A stretch of 63,979 nt of DNA, counting the filler, from Choristocarpus tenellus KU-1152 (lineage: Eukaryota; Protista; Phaeophyceae): the NCBI GenBank assembly GCA_964200185.2. It is 11 parts of 11 records of this genome, joined end to end, with 100 filler letters (N's around TTAATTAATTAA, not from the genome) between each part and the next. Parts side by side here need not be neighbours in the genome. Positions count along the whole stretch, not along the records: positions 20,564 to 26,000 come from CAXNAD020010779.1; positions 26,101 to 28,708 come from CAXNAD020026312.1; positions 28,809 to 34,525 come from CAXNAD020009925.1; positions 34,626 to 37,316 come from CAXNAD020025613.1; 7 more parts are not named here. One strand, 5' to 3'. Both the position numbers and the translations under genes were made by a program. The notes below the pieces were generated by a model. That model was given only the letters and a program-made list of their open reading frames with translations. It was not told the origin of the DNA and made no database searches. This document shows positions 24,958 to 37,416 of this stretch, one piece after another (within the stretch, counting starts at the first letter, position 1; every line of letters begins with the position of its first letter).

Positions 24958-25361
24958 GGCCAACAACCCTCTTTCCACCTGATCAGTTGTCAAAGGCGCA
25001 GTAGATGCCTGATAGGTTCCCCTTTACAAACACATTCATGTGGACGGCATCCTGCTTCTCACTCTCACACACATGTATATATATATAAAAATATTTAGGA
25101 ACAATTGTTCAGGGATAGAGTAATATATATGACTATTCTACTTTTAAATTTCTATATTGCATCCTCGCATTAGTCTTAAGGTTTAAGCTGATACAGAACC
25201 ACCGTTGTTCGAAAAGAGGGGTAGTTAGTAGTATGGAGAAGGAAGGAAAAGCACATAAAAGTTACAAATATTATAAACGGAATTTTCCCATTTCGCATTT
25301 TCAAGTAATGCAGGTATGGTTGGATAGAGTGGTTAATTGTGGCTTAGTTAGCGGCTAAGGG

Positions 25362-25403
25362 TTAGGGTTAGGGTTAGGGTTAGGGTTAGGGTTAGGGTTA
25401 GGG
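25362..25403 (+). repeat. Interstitial telomeric array (TTAGGG)7
   Basis: Seven perfect units with degenerate units on each side. Confidence 0.95.
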
Positions 25404-25858
25404 TTTTAGGTTATTCTCTACACGAAATGTGTGGGGTTTGAACCCTTTCGACGCCAACCTTCTCTTCTCCAAAACTGTCACCGACTGTTTGTCAACACCA
25501 CTAAACGAAGGAACAAGACCGAGACAGAAACAACACAGGTGGATGCAGGATAAGATTTGAACGGAGGAAACGAAGCGACGAGAGGTGAGAGTGATGAGCC
25601 CAACCTGTAAGAAGCAAGGTAGGATCGGGTCGAAATGCAACAACGAGTATACAGCAACAGATAGTATGGAGAATATACTTGTATGTTAGTACAGTGTGTA
25701 GTGCCTTTGACCACAGGTCGGAAAAAAATCCACATGCTACATGTAAAAAGACCCATACGTAGACACCATAGTGTGATAGGCAATGAATGGGTCTTATATC
25801 TCGGTTTCATATACCAATGCCAATATGAACTCAAAGTACATATATTGGGTTTGTTGAC

Positions 25859-25898
<40 letters not shown>

Positions 25899-26100
25899 TC
25901 ATTGTGAGATCAATCTACCCATGTGTGAATCGTGTGATTCTGTGGCGGATTCTGTGGCGGCGTGGTTCACTCAGGCAAGGGTGGCGAAGAGAATCACCGG
26001 NNNNNNNNNNNNNNNNNNNNNNNNNNNNNNNNNNNNNNNNNNNNTTAATTAATTAANNNNNNNNNNNNNNNNNNNNNNNNNNNNNNNNNNNNNNNNNNNN

Positions 26101-26175
26101 AATTATATCAAAATCGCAACATTGGATTTTGGTCCCCAAATGGACGCGGCCCTACCCTCTAAGATACTTTGGCTC
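26101..26175 (-). mobile_element. MITE family A end at contig start
   Basis: CCCCAAATGGACGCGGCCCTACCCTCTAAGATACTTTGGCTC. Confidence 0.88.
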
Positions 26176-27010
26176 ATAAGCAAAACTTTCATGTCAACTG
26201 CATCTGAGGACGATGTTGTGCGATGAACATCATCTAGAAATCGATTCATGGCTGTGGTGCAACGTAACGTATATTGGTCCACCGACTCATTCTCCCCCTG
26301 TTTCAAAAACGTTCGTCTACGGGCTGATACACTTACGACATGGGCGGGAGTAAACGTACTGATCAGGGCTTTCAGGACATCATCTCAAGTCTTTGGGGGT
26401 GTAATGGGGACGGGAGTGTCAAGAGACGATTGCAAACGAGCCAAATCACTTGTTGAACGCCACTCTACTGTGCCCGCCAACGCCTAAAAGTAAAAAGTTT
26501 CAGCTGGTCCTTGAAGAATTTTCGGTAAAAATTCTACACATCGAGCATTGATTATCTCAGGGGATGCGGGATCATACTGACTAGAGTGCAAGGAAATCGC
26601 CACATGCCATTTGGAAAACAAGAGTGGCAAATTTTCCTCTCCAGAACCTGTAATGACAAGACCAGATGGTATTTCCGAAGCGGAAAACCTGAAACGAATC
26701 GCTTCTGACATTGATGGCGGACATGCGGCGTCACTAATCTGTGGAAGGGGTCTTACTAGATCGGAGTCCATTCCACGAGCTTGCAGCTTCATCAAATCCT
26801 GAAGCCATCCAGGAGGCACAGTGTTCATTCTGGCGCACTCGTTAACGTTGTGCGCGATGAACAATGGTACAGCATCCCCGAACTGTGCCTGTGAAATAGC
26901 CACCTCACAAGTAGTTGAACTAGGGGGTGGGACTGGTTCTTCCTGGAATAGGACCTGACGAGTGTCACGGTCGCCCGAGCTAACATGATGCTCTAGGGTC
27001 GACAACACGG
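26176..27010 (-). mobile_element. Ty3/gypsy-type gag pseudogene
   Basis: One frame read through two stops gives ...FLPKILQGPAETFY...KT*DDVLKALISTFTP...FLKQGENESVDQYTLR, the retrotransposon-gag QGxxESVxxY motif. Confidence 0.7.
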
Positions 27011-27291
27011 GTCTGACATTGGCCTGTCGATCTGTGAAAGGGGAAGGGGGAATGCACGGCGCCGTTCAGCAAGTGTGGTGGTGCTGGATGATGTGGAGTC
27101 AATACTAGACACGTCAGAGTCGAGGTGGGTGGAAGACTCCATGTCTTCCATTTACTCGTAGTCTTGGGCCTCTTCTGGTGCTCTTGATGGCACCAGATCT
27201 TGGGTTCTGCGCTCTCGTGCCCGCCGTCTTCGTCTCAATCTAGAGTTCGGCATCTTTCCTCCGCGGTCAAACAAAAATGCGTCGTCACCCT

Positions 27292-27333
27292 GGCTCAAAG
27301 TATCTGGGGGGGGGTAGCGACTGTCCATTTGGG
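27292..27333 (-). mobile_element. MITE family B end, truncated by the copia LTR
   Basis: GGCTCAAAGTATCTGGGGGGGGGTAGCGACTGTCCATTTGGG is directly followed by TGTTGA. Confidence 0.8.
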
Positions 27334-28708
27334 TGTTGAGAAGCTTGGCGCACATGAGGCTCGTCGCCGGAAGCTTGCAGTTGAATTACATGGTAAAGCA
27401 CACACTGAATTATTAATTGCCCGTCAACCGTCCATCATCACTGACGTGTGGATTAATGTTGACCTATTATATTTTATATACGTACGCACTCTGTATCATA
27501 CCTAACCAATTATANNNNNNNNNNCTTGTGTCAGCACAACCAACGTAAGGATAACACTAGGTTATTCGACATCCTCCCCTTGCTGAAAACAAGTATTAAC
27601 TCTCAAACAGTAATAAAAAAAATAATCAACACAAATGTTGTGTCACATGTTCATCAAAAACTTCACATGTTGTCTAAAAACTCGAACTGGCAAATTCTTG
27701 GTCAAGACATCTGCCCTCTGGTTTGCAGTACCAACAAAAACAACACGAATCTATCCTTTTCTAGACAAATCCATCAAAAAATGATGTCGGACATCAATGT
27801 GCTTTGTTCTAGTAGAGCTTGTGGCATTTCGCACTAGTTTGCATGCACCATCGTTATCCTCAAACAAATCAATGCAACGCCTAGGAAACTGCGGCTGACT
27901 AAACTCCAAAAACACTTCTCAAGAAAAGTAATTCCTGTGCCACACTACTAAGTGCTATGTATTCACTCTCTTTGGAAGACAGAGATACAACTCTTTGTAC
28001 CTTTGACATACAAGACATTGCTCCTCCAGTCACTGACCTACGATCATTTCAGTCTCCAGCATATCTAGCATCAGCATACGCACTCAACTCACACTCAGTA
28101 CTAAAACCACCAAAACTCAATCCTACACTGGGACACGTATTCAAATATGCTAAAATACATTTCACTGCACGCCAATGAGTGGCTTTGGGATTGCTACTGT
28201 ACTTGGCAACTTCATGAACTGCATTTGCAATGTCAAGCCTAGTCATAACAGATACACACATCAAACTACCAACTGCCTCTCTGTATGGTGTATTTTCATC
28301 AACACTTGGATGATTCTCACTCTTGTCTAAGGCCCTTGAGAGATCATGAGGTACCGATCTCTTCTTTGCCCCATCCATACCTAATCTTTGATAAACACTC
28401 TTAATGTACCTAGTCTGACTGATGGTAACAGTATGTGCATTTCTGTCACGTGAAATCTCACGACCCATATAATACTCAATATCACCAAAATCTTCTATGG
28501 AAAACTGCTCTTTAATCCTAGAGCGAACCCAAATCAAAACATCCATTTTACCAGCTACCAAAAGGTCATCTACGTAGGGGATATCACAGCACAAACAACG
28601 CCATCTCTTACATAGCGTAACACACAAGAGTCTGCTCTACATTGCTCAAAACCACACTTTTCCAAAACGTGCACCAACAGATTATTGAACTCTCTGCTTG
28701 CCTGTTTG
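27334..28708 (-). mobile_element. Ty1/copia 3' portion: RT, RNase H, polypurine tract and 3' LTR
   Basis: KQASREF, YVDDLLVAG, PYREAVGSLM, YADARYAGD*NDRRSVTG. PPT AAGGGGAGGA (27581-27572) is followed by an LTR, TGTCGA...TCAACA (27571-27334, spanning a 10-N gap). Confidence 0.92.
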
Positions 28709-28808
28709 NNNNNNNNNNNNNNNNNNNNNNNNNNNNNNNNNNNNNNNNNNNNTTAATTAATTAANNNNNNNNNNNNNNNNNNNNNNNNNNNNNNNNNNNN
28801 NNNNNNNN

Positions 28809-28882
28809 TTATCCCAGTCAATTTTGGGTCAAGCCCATCCTCAATGAAAAGCTCCATCCTCAATTTTTGAAATCGGCTGTTA
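28809..28882. repeat. Dispersed repeat D at contig start (second copy ~49188-49250)
   Basis: ATTTTGGGTCAA(G/A)CCCATCCTC...CATCCTCAATTTT...GGCTGTT is shared by the two contig starts. Confidence 0.7.
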
Positions 28883-31460
28883 TAGATCCTCTACTTCCTT
28901 CCAGTGCGGTTGCCTTCTCAGCAAAGGCAACACCTGCTTGTATTTGACTGGAGTGCCAACTTCTAAGAGAAATTTACAAATCAATTCTTCTTGATGCTTA
29001 TCTTGGACACACATTATGTCTGTTCCTACTACCAGTTACAAGAGACAGAAAGAACCAGGTTTGAAATAGTATTCATGGTTGTGTGAAATTGTGTGCAATC
29101 AAGGAAACTCAGGATAGGGAAGCAGAATCTTGCATCCTCATGATAGTGAACGTAAGAACCGGGAAGTTGTTTGATTGACTCATTTACACTGAATGCAGTG
29201 TTGCCTTCACCAGAGTTGCACAGGCATAGTATAGCTCATTGTTAGGATCTTTCAAGAAAGTAGAGTTGTTGAAGCGTCAACACATCACCCAAGTGAAAAT
29301 AGTACCAGTATATATATATGCATATGCAGTAGTCACTGAACTATTTTAGAGTGTTGAGTCATCAGCAGTTGTTGTTCTACTTGCAGTCTTCTTGAATGGG
29401 GTCACTTCAGGGTTTCTCCAGTAAAGGTGGCCCCTTTTTTCTGATGCCCCAACCACCAACAGTGTCACCAAGACCCATAGGTTTATGTTGTGTACTCCAG
29501 AGTATTTGACAACACGGGTTCTCATGCACACTTTGACTACCCTCCCTAAATGATGCAGATAAAGTGGTTGACAGATTCTGACATTTGAACCCTTCAAGTT
29601 TGTAAATTCTACTGCACCAACAACATTTGCTTTGAAATAGTGTTCTGTGGCATGTCAATCTAGGCGATTCAGCTTTGATCCTGTTTGCACCAAGCCAACT
29701 TTTTTCTGCCTTTAAGTCTCTTGTTCTGTTTATTACTACTACATGTCTTTCTACCCATACTGGTCATAGTTGTGTATCCCTCTTCTCTCACACATCAATC
29801 TTGACATCAATCTTGACATTCATTTTTCCGAGTCATTGATTTTGTCCGTAACCCCTAGTCACTCATATCATGCCTTTGACAATCCAACCACATTCTGATT
29901 AAGGCAGTGGGTGCCAAAGAACTGGGCTCATTGCACTTTGTTTTGGATGGATGAATCCATTGATTGGAAAGACTTTATCTCCAGGTCACTGTCATCAAGG
30001 ACTTCTTTTGCAGTGGACACCCGCTAGTAACCTTTCTTGTAATGACTCCTTCCCATTCATTTGATCTCCCACTATCTATGTCATTGATTTGCTACAGTCA
30101 GGAGTACAATATCATTGATTTCACTTACAATGTCCCTGCCTCCCAAAACCAAGTCATCCAAACAATGAACACAAGGACATGTATCAAGAAAAAAAAGATA
30201 TATAAATAGGGCAATAAGTGCAGCTCTTTGTTGCAATGAACCAATCAGATGTATTCTCCCTAACCTCCCCTTCACCTCCCTTAAATATTATTATGCCTAT
30301 GATGTCACCAAGTATGGACACCTTGATTCACACTCACCATATCTGAAGGTTGCTCCAGGAAGGCATTGGAATTGTGGAAGGCTTTATTGCCTCCAACATA
30401 TTTCATACTAACCAATATGAACAAAAGAGTGCTTGACTGAGTGGTGCAACACTGCCCCAAAATTCTATCTTCTCCATTTGTTGTCAAACCACCTTCCAAA
30501 TTATCTGTATGTAATATTAGGAAATATTTACCCTGCTAAGGTAAGATGTCAGCAGGAGCGCAACTCAGCTATTCTACATGCAACGCCCTCTGCCTAACTT
30601 TGTATTATTGTATTGTTGTCTTCATTGTGGAGAGGTCTGTGTCAAAGCTAATGCCGAGTCAATGTGCTTCATAGATCATTGAACCTAGACTCTACGAGTA
30701 GATATTCCATCAGTAGAGCTATTCCACCTACACACCACCAGCAAGAACACAACCTCATCAACCCAGCACTATCACCTCCCTGTCTTATGGGCAGGACCAG
30801 GGTCTTTAATCCAGGGCACACATATTAACCAACAAGAGTTAAAGGTCAGAGTTCCTTGTCATCCATTGTGGAAATTAGTTAGAGGCTAACTAAACCTCCT
30901 TCAACTTGGAGCTTCACCATGTTGTGAGGTTAGCACTTTAGCTCACCTCTGCCATACTCCTCCATTGCATTACTTGTCAAAGGAAAAACACAATGCAATT
31001 CCATGAACAAAAAGTGGCAGTTTTGTTTCAACATGAGATGTCAACATCTACTCTTCATACTTGAACTCAACAGCGCGAATAAGAGGGTTGTCCAAGAGGG
31101 CAAGCTCAATCCCGTATGCAACCTTTCGATGACCCTTGTAGGAAAGGATCACCAGTCCGTCAATTGCACTCAGTACCTATTTCAAAGGAGAAGAGACAGG
31201 AATGTAACAATATCAACTCAGGATCAACAAGTTGTGTTTCACCAGGATTTTTTTTTGGAGGCGTGAACCAAAAACAGGACTTGTTCAACCAAGTTTTATT
31301 GGTGCACAAATAGCCCCAACGGTTACAATGCAGTCTGTGGGTAAAACACAACATGGAAATAGTGGCTATGTATGTCGGGATCCCATTCCCACAGTCTTAA
31401 CCATGATCCACCCACACATGAGCAAGTCTTGGAAACAGTGTCACTACCGCCTGTGCCCAC

Positions 31461-34208
31461 CTTAACATCTGCCCTCATCGCCACCATGGCCGGCCTGAGC
31501 GGCTCTAGAATAGCTTCCACCACTGCAGTTGTAACCTCTGCCATCGCATTGCCACTTGCCTCATCCACTTGTTCCACCTAGCAAAAACCAATACCACATA
31601 AGGCATTAACACCATTAACACAATTAACACCACATCCCACACACCTTACCATACCTGAGGGTAAGGTGCACCTGGAAGTGCTAGTGTTACATCAAATTCC
31701 AATACACTCTTTTAATTGATTTTTGTTTTGAGATTGCTGAAGCAGTGGGAAGGAACACAAGTGTGTTTGAACAAAATTGGGTTGTTGTGGAAGGTTTTTC
31801 CACAAGGAATCCTATCTTTCATGTGAGGATGCAAAGGTGGATATGTCAAGGACATTAACACCCTGGAGCAACACTAAAACTTTCATTATATGCTGCAAAT
31901 TGAAGACAAGATAGGAAATCTATCCCATATATATACTGCCTACAGAACAAAAACCAGAAGACAGTACAAGATAACTGTTTAAAAAATATATTAAAAGAAA
32001 AAAAAGAATACTTACCCCTCCAAGGTTAGCAAAATTCTCATTGAGAACCCTCTCAATACCCATCTTCATAGTTGTGGTGGAGGATGGACAACTGCCACAA
32101 GCACCCTGTAGTGCCAGTTTCACCTGACCAGACCAAGACCAAGGCAATAGAATAAAATCACCACCAGTGAGTTGAAGTCAGGCACATCATTGCCAAAATG
32201 ATAAAAAAATACACAAGTTCACCTTCTGATCCATGTGTGTATGTATATAAGTAAGTAAACTGTTCTCTGACTCTATTAAACTGTCTCTCTTGCACATGCA
32301 CCAACTGAGTGAGTAAAAACAGCCCCAAAACAACAGGTTTCCAACACCTTGGCAAGTGTTTACTCATATCCTACTTGAGAATTATGTTCGACACTTTGGG
32401 GATATATAACATTCAAATATCATTCCCAAGGAGATCACTGCTTGGTGATCAACTACTTCAGCTGACTCAAGAATAAAAAAATGATTCTATACATAAAAGG
32501 AAGGACCACGTAATGATTGTAGTGATGGTGCACCAATATTCAATTTTCATTCATTGTGTCTTGGATACAAAAAAAAATCAAGATCGACATGTCAAAAGTC
32601 TCACAGGATTGACATGCTAACAACATCCATCCCTCCAAGAGAGTCTTGCACTAAAGATTATTCTTCTTATCACAGTATCTTTTAGAAACAAAAACAAGGC
32701 CCAAGTTTTAGCAACAAGACATGTGGCCATTACACCCCTAGACTCACAAGAACAGAGACCTAATCCTCAATTACATACTAAATTCTGATGTAATCTTTCG
32801 AGAAGCTTCAATGACACAATTGTGCTCAAAGCATGTACCTTTTCCATTTAATATATATATATATATATATTTTATGTACTGCAACAGTGAAGTTAGACTG
32901 AACCCAAGCAGAAACCCGATTTACAAAACAAAATGTGTAAAAAGTCTAATGAAAGTACTATCCGTTAATGGCAGTACAAAGTATACTGGGGGAGACAAAA
33001 ATAGTGAAACCACATGATATACAAAATTCCAACAACCATGTACGCCAGTCAATTTCATCAACATTACACATCAACATTACACACATTTATCTCATTTTTC
33101 CTCTCTCAATTGAAGGGCAGTAAATACTACTTCTTCTGTATGACACACCATCAAGTACCACAAAAAGCACAGGGTTCTTGCGGTAGCAATTACTAACAGC
33201 TCTGTGGCCAGAGTACACAGCCGATATTGGGGAAAAATGGAAGCAAGATAACCCCCCCACCAAGAGCTCTACAAACCCATACAAGTGTAACCAAATGGCA
33301 CTCTCACCACCCTGGCATCCTTGTCCACCCCCATGACCTTGACATTCCCACCATCAGCAACCAGATAAGGGCGTACCTCCTCCAGCACCTGAAGTGAGTT
33401 GGGATAAGAGTTGTAATATTTGCTCAAGGAAGAGATGGACACTTTCAGATGCAAAAAATAAAAAACAAAAAAGGTATACGGTAGATAACACACTGTCATC
33501 ATCTTATTAGATATCATGCACTGAACAGTCAGTTACAGCAGTTACAGTTGAGGACGAGGAGATGCACTTCTCAACACTGTTGTGTGTACTAAAAAGTCAC
33601 TGACTATCGACTCTGTCCTCCATACACGTGCTCTACTGATAAATTCTACTTCCAGAAAGTAGTATGATAAAAAAAAACACTATACCTAATATGACCTTCA
33701 TTCAGGGTAGAAAGCATCACGTTCACCATTAGGGCCTGCTTCAGCTTCAGTGTCAAATGATGTCTCACTACCCACCTGACAGGTTGTCCTAATCTTTGGC
33801 CAACTGTTGTCAATATGAACTAACATCAATGCTACTTGACTAAATAAGACACCAAAGCAGTATTAACACCAAACATGTTTCTATGTGAGAGAGGGGGGAT
33901 GAAATACCAGGAAGCAATTTTCTGCTGTGAGAAAGTATGTAAAAAATAACTTAGTTTCTTTAGATTAGTGTGAGGGCAGTCAAATCGGTAAGGTATCAAT
34001 AGTAAAAAACATAAATATGTAGGCCTCATTCACCGCAGTCCACAACCATGGATTAGATGTTTTTCTCACCATGTCAACATTCTCCAATGTGAAGTCCAAG
34101 TCATTGCATGCTGCAGCAGTGGGAGCATCAGGTACAGGTGATGCCATAGCATTTGGACGAGCCATGCCATCAGGCCCCACCCCAGGCAGCATATCTATGC
34201 CATCAGAG
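31461..34208 (-). CDS. NFU: NifU-like (NFU) Fe-S cluster scaffold, plastid-type with a second degenerate NFU domain, partial
   Basis: Exons 34208-34070, 33388-33308, 32123-32016 and 31577-31461 are all GT-AG and in phase. They give [32 protein letters not shown]...[27 protein letters not shown]...[17 protein letters not shown]. The CxxC motif is intact; first and last exons were not located. Confidence 0.93.
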
Positions 34209-34906
34209 CTAAATGGACTATGACATGACAACAGGACAGGGTAAAATGAAGGTATCTCAGTCATATACAGGAGTTGTGACTATTTGTAAAGTGTTGCTCT
34301 CACTGGTTCAATGTCAATATTACTATTTTTATCAATATTACTATTTTTATCAGTATCATTATAGTACCCAGTACAAGTGCAGTGGTTTTTCCTGGTCCAG
34401 ATACATCATACTTAAAACCTGTACCACAAATTACATTAATGAAGCAACTTCATGGTGATGAGGAGCAGTGGTGAAGGGTTTGTAAGGTGACCTAACCCCC
34501 TGCCATACTTGCGAAAAACTTACAGNNNNNNNNNNNNNNNNNNNNNNNNNNNNNNNNNNNNNNNNNNNNTTAATTAATTAANNNNNNNNNNNNNNNNNNN
34601 NNNNNNNNNNNNNNNNNNNNNNNNNGGGGGGCTAGTCAACATCCAGTAGGGCCATGGGTAGACAAGAGATTTTGTGTTTTGTGGGCAGTGCTGGGGTTGT
34701 GCTAAGAACCTATTGGGTTCTTCACGTGTGCCCATAGTATGTGGCCCTTGGTTCTTCAGTTGATAGATGGGGGGCGTGCTTTGACCCGTTGCTGATGGCA
34801 ACACCTCGATACTCTTTGGATCATTTTTTGCTAGTAGATGTTGACGTTTTCTGAGGCAACAACAGTAGCAGTAGAGGGGGAACGCGCTTAGAATGTGACT
34901 TGGAAC

Positions 34907-34908
<2 letters not shown>

Positions 34909-34937
<29 letters not shown>
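34909..34937. repeat. (GA)n microsatellite
   Basis: Perfect dinucleotide run. Confidence 0.95.
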
Positions 34938-34942
<5 letters not shown>

Positions 34943-36453
34943 TTAATTATTATTATTGATTTTGCTTGAGAACAGCGCACCCCGTCATCAGTAGTCGCAG
35001 ATGTTTGCTTTTCATGGCAAAGAAACGCCTTTTCCTTTACGCCCCGCTGGTGAGGTACGGGTACCCTTGCATTTGTAATCACTTATCCTCTGTGATCCAT
35101 GTCGTACCACACTGCTCTGCCTTTGTAGCACCACGTGTGTCAAGTTGCTGTCTGGCCCATGAGCGTGCTTAATTATGCTGGATCGAAACTCTCTCTTATA
35201 TATATATATATACTCTGCTGGTATCCAAACCAGGGTGCTTCTTAGAGTTGTCTGGAGAGTTTTTGAGAGTTTGGGGGCACAACATGATAGCTCTTGATAT
35301 GGGTACCTAATATCCAACGCCTGCCAGTACTGTACCAAGCCTCTTACAATGAAATTGATTAGTATGCTTTGTTTCCTCTCCCATCCACCCTAGCCCATCT
35401 TGTTGTTATTCTTGACAGTTCTAGTCTTTCATTGCTTTGGCCAAGCCCAAGCAACTGTGGTCTTAATGTTTTCTATGATAAATGCCCACTGTTGGTGTTG
35501 GCAATAGAAAGAAGTCATGATTGAACTTTCACCAAGTACCATGCAAGCACCTTTACATCCTGTAACTCTGGAGGTGCAATGGTCAGGACACAACTCGGAA
35601 AAACTCGAAATTCCGAACCTCTACCATGACCATAGTGTATTGTTCTTCGCGTATCTCATTCTTGTAACTAGTAGAGTACAACTATAGTATATACCTGAGT
35701 ATACGTATACCTTCCAATTTGTTTAAGCAACTCATATCTACCCTCCAACTATGTGCAGATATGTAGGCACATTGTATCAGTATATTTTTCAACACTGGTC
35801 CATTTTTATGTGTGTATAACGAGGATGTTTGCATCTATGTATGTAACAAAATGAGGTACTAGATGTGCAAATCGTCAAGTATCAATCTGGAGAACTCGCC
35901 TTCAACAAAGGAACATAAAACCAACCGATTGGTTAAGTGTTCAGAATATGTTCCCCGTTAACATAAAATTCGGTCAATTTCGTTCTTTAGTCTGACTATG
36001 GCATAATAGTGTCCGTTGTACATGAAATGGATTATTTATTAATAAAATCGAGTTTTTTTTCGTTTTGTTATTCGTCTCAAAAATGATCAAATAAATCCAT
36101 GATTTCCAATTACAGTATACCGTTTTACAAACTATTAAGAATACAAATTAGAACAAAATAAATATATAATATTATTATGCCTTCAACATTTTGGAGATGT
36201 GTTACGGTTCAACACTTCGTTAGAAAATATATAGTTGCGTGTTTTGTGTTCTGAGGGTTGACGTGTTTAGTGACCTCAACATGTATTTTGAATCGCTGGT
36301 GATAAAGGGTCAAATAAATAATGTGTAAATAGAAAATATGAAATTAAACAAAGCTCTACACACACATACGCATTCACCTATTAACATTGTCACAACACAT
36401 ACATACATACATGTTCTTCAAAAATTCGAAGAAAGTCCATGCATATATTGACA

Positions 36454-36569
36454 TTCCCACTACACTTAAGTTACCCATATTTCGAACCAAGAAGGTCCAT
36501 GCATATAATATTGACAAGTTACATGTACTTTCTTGGTTCGAAATATGAGTAACTTACGAGTAGTGAGAA
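36454..36569. repeat. Long inverted repeat (48-bp arms, 20-nt loop)
   Basis: 36454-36501 versus the reverse complement of 36522-36569, with 6 differences. Confidence 0.88.
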
Positions 36570-37247
36570 GTTATGAAAGAATACTATCTATATTATGCAC
36601 ATACTAACGTAGAATAACTAACTCCAATAACATTTGACGTGTACACGTTTTTTATTTTGTAGTACACATGGTGGACATGGATGGACTGAACATGCCAGGA
36701 GGGTGTCAGACTGACTGGGGACCATGGTGTGGTCATGCAAGAAAACGTTAAGAGTGGCAGGGAGGCGGACAAAGATCGATACAATTACGCCGTGGACATG
36801 GTCCCGAAATGTTGGAGAATGACTAGCTCAATCATCTAGTTAGTAGACATGGATCATGCCATGTTAAATAATTGTTGGCTGGTGGACGATACCATTCTAA
36901 TTTACTGACCCAATAAAAAGTCCTGAAGAAAACAGCAGTTAGTGGTGTCACACCTCTAGTCCATCTATTCAAAGGTATCACTCATCATCACATGCCACAA
37001 TAAAAATGCGGATACAACAATGATTAATGGTGAGATCTGGATGGTAGGGATATCACGTCAGTGTGGGTATCATCCCAACTCATGGTTAAAGGCATCTCAC
37101 ACTGCACTACTTCTCATACTACCATGCTGCTAGTAACTCTTGCATTACGACTTATTGTATTTTTGCTTCCATTCCTGCCTTGCTTCTCGTGTGTTGGCTT
37201 CTGTAATCCCACCGCATGTCGCATTTCATCTCCTACCTCAAATATTC

Positions 37248-37316
37248 GCAAACCAAAGAATTATTAGTGCCATTGCTAATAAATTTGAACTTAGCAAAGA
37301 ACAAGTTATTGTCACT
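37248..37316 (+). other. 69-bp FabH (KAS III)-like coding fragment at contig end
   Basis: ANQRIISAIANKFELSKEQVIVT matches the FabH HQANxRII.A....L....V.VT segment. It lacks the upstream HQ and an adjacent AG acceptor. Confidence 0.5.
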
Positions 37317-37416
37317 NNNNNNNNNNNNNNNNNNNNNNNNNNNNNNNNNNNNNNNNNNNNTTAATTAATTAANNNNNNNNNNNNNNNNNNNNNNNNNNNN
37401 NNNNNNNNNNNNNNNN

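Noticed and set aside
29346-29597. VVKV...VVKYSG segment as the last NFU exon
   Set aside because: No clean in-phase acceptor, and the similarity is weak.
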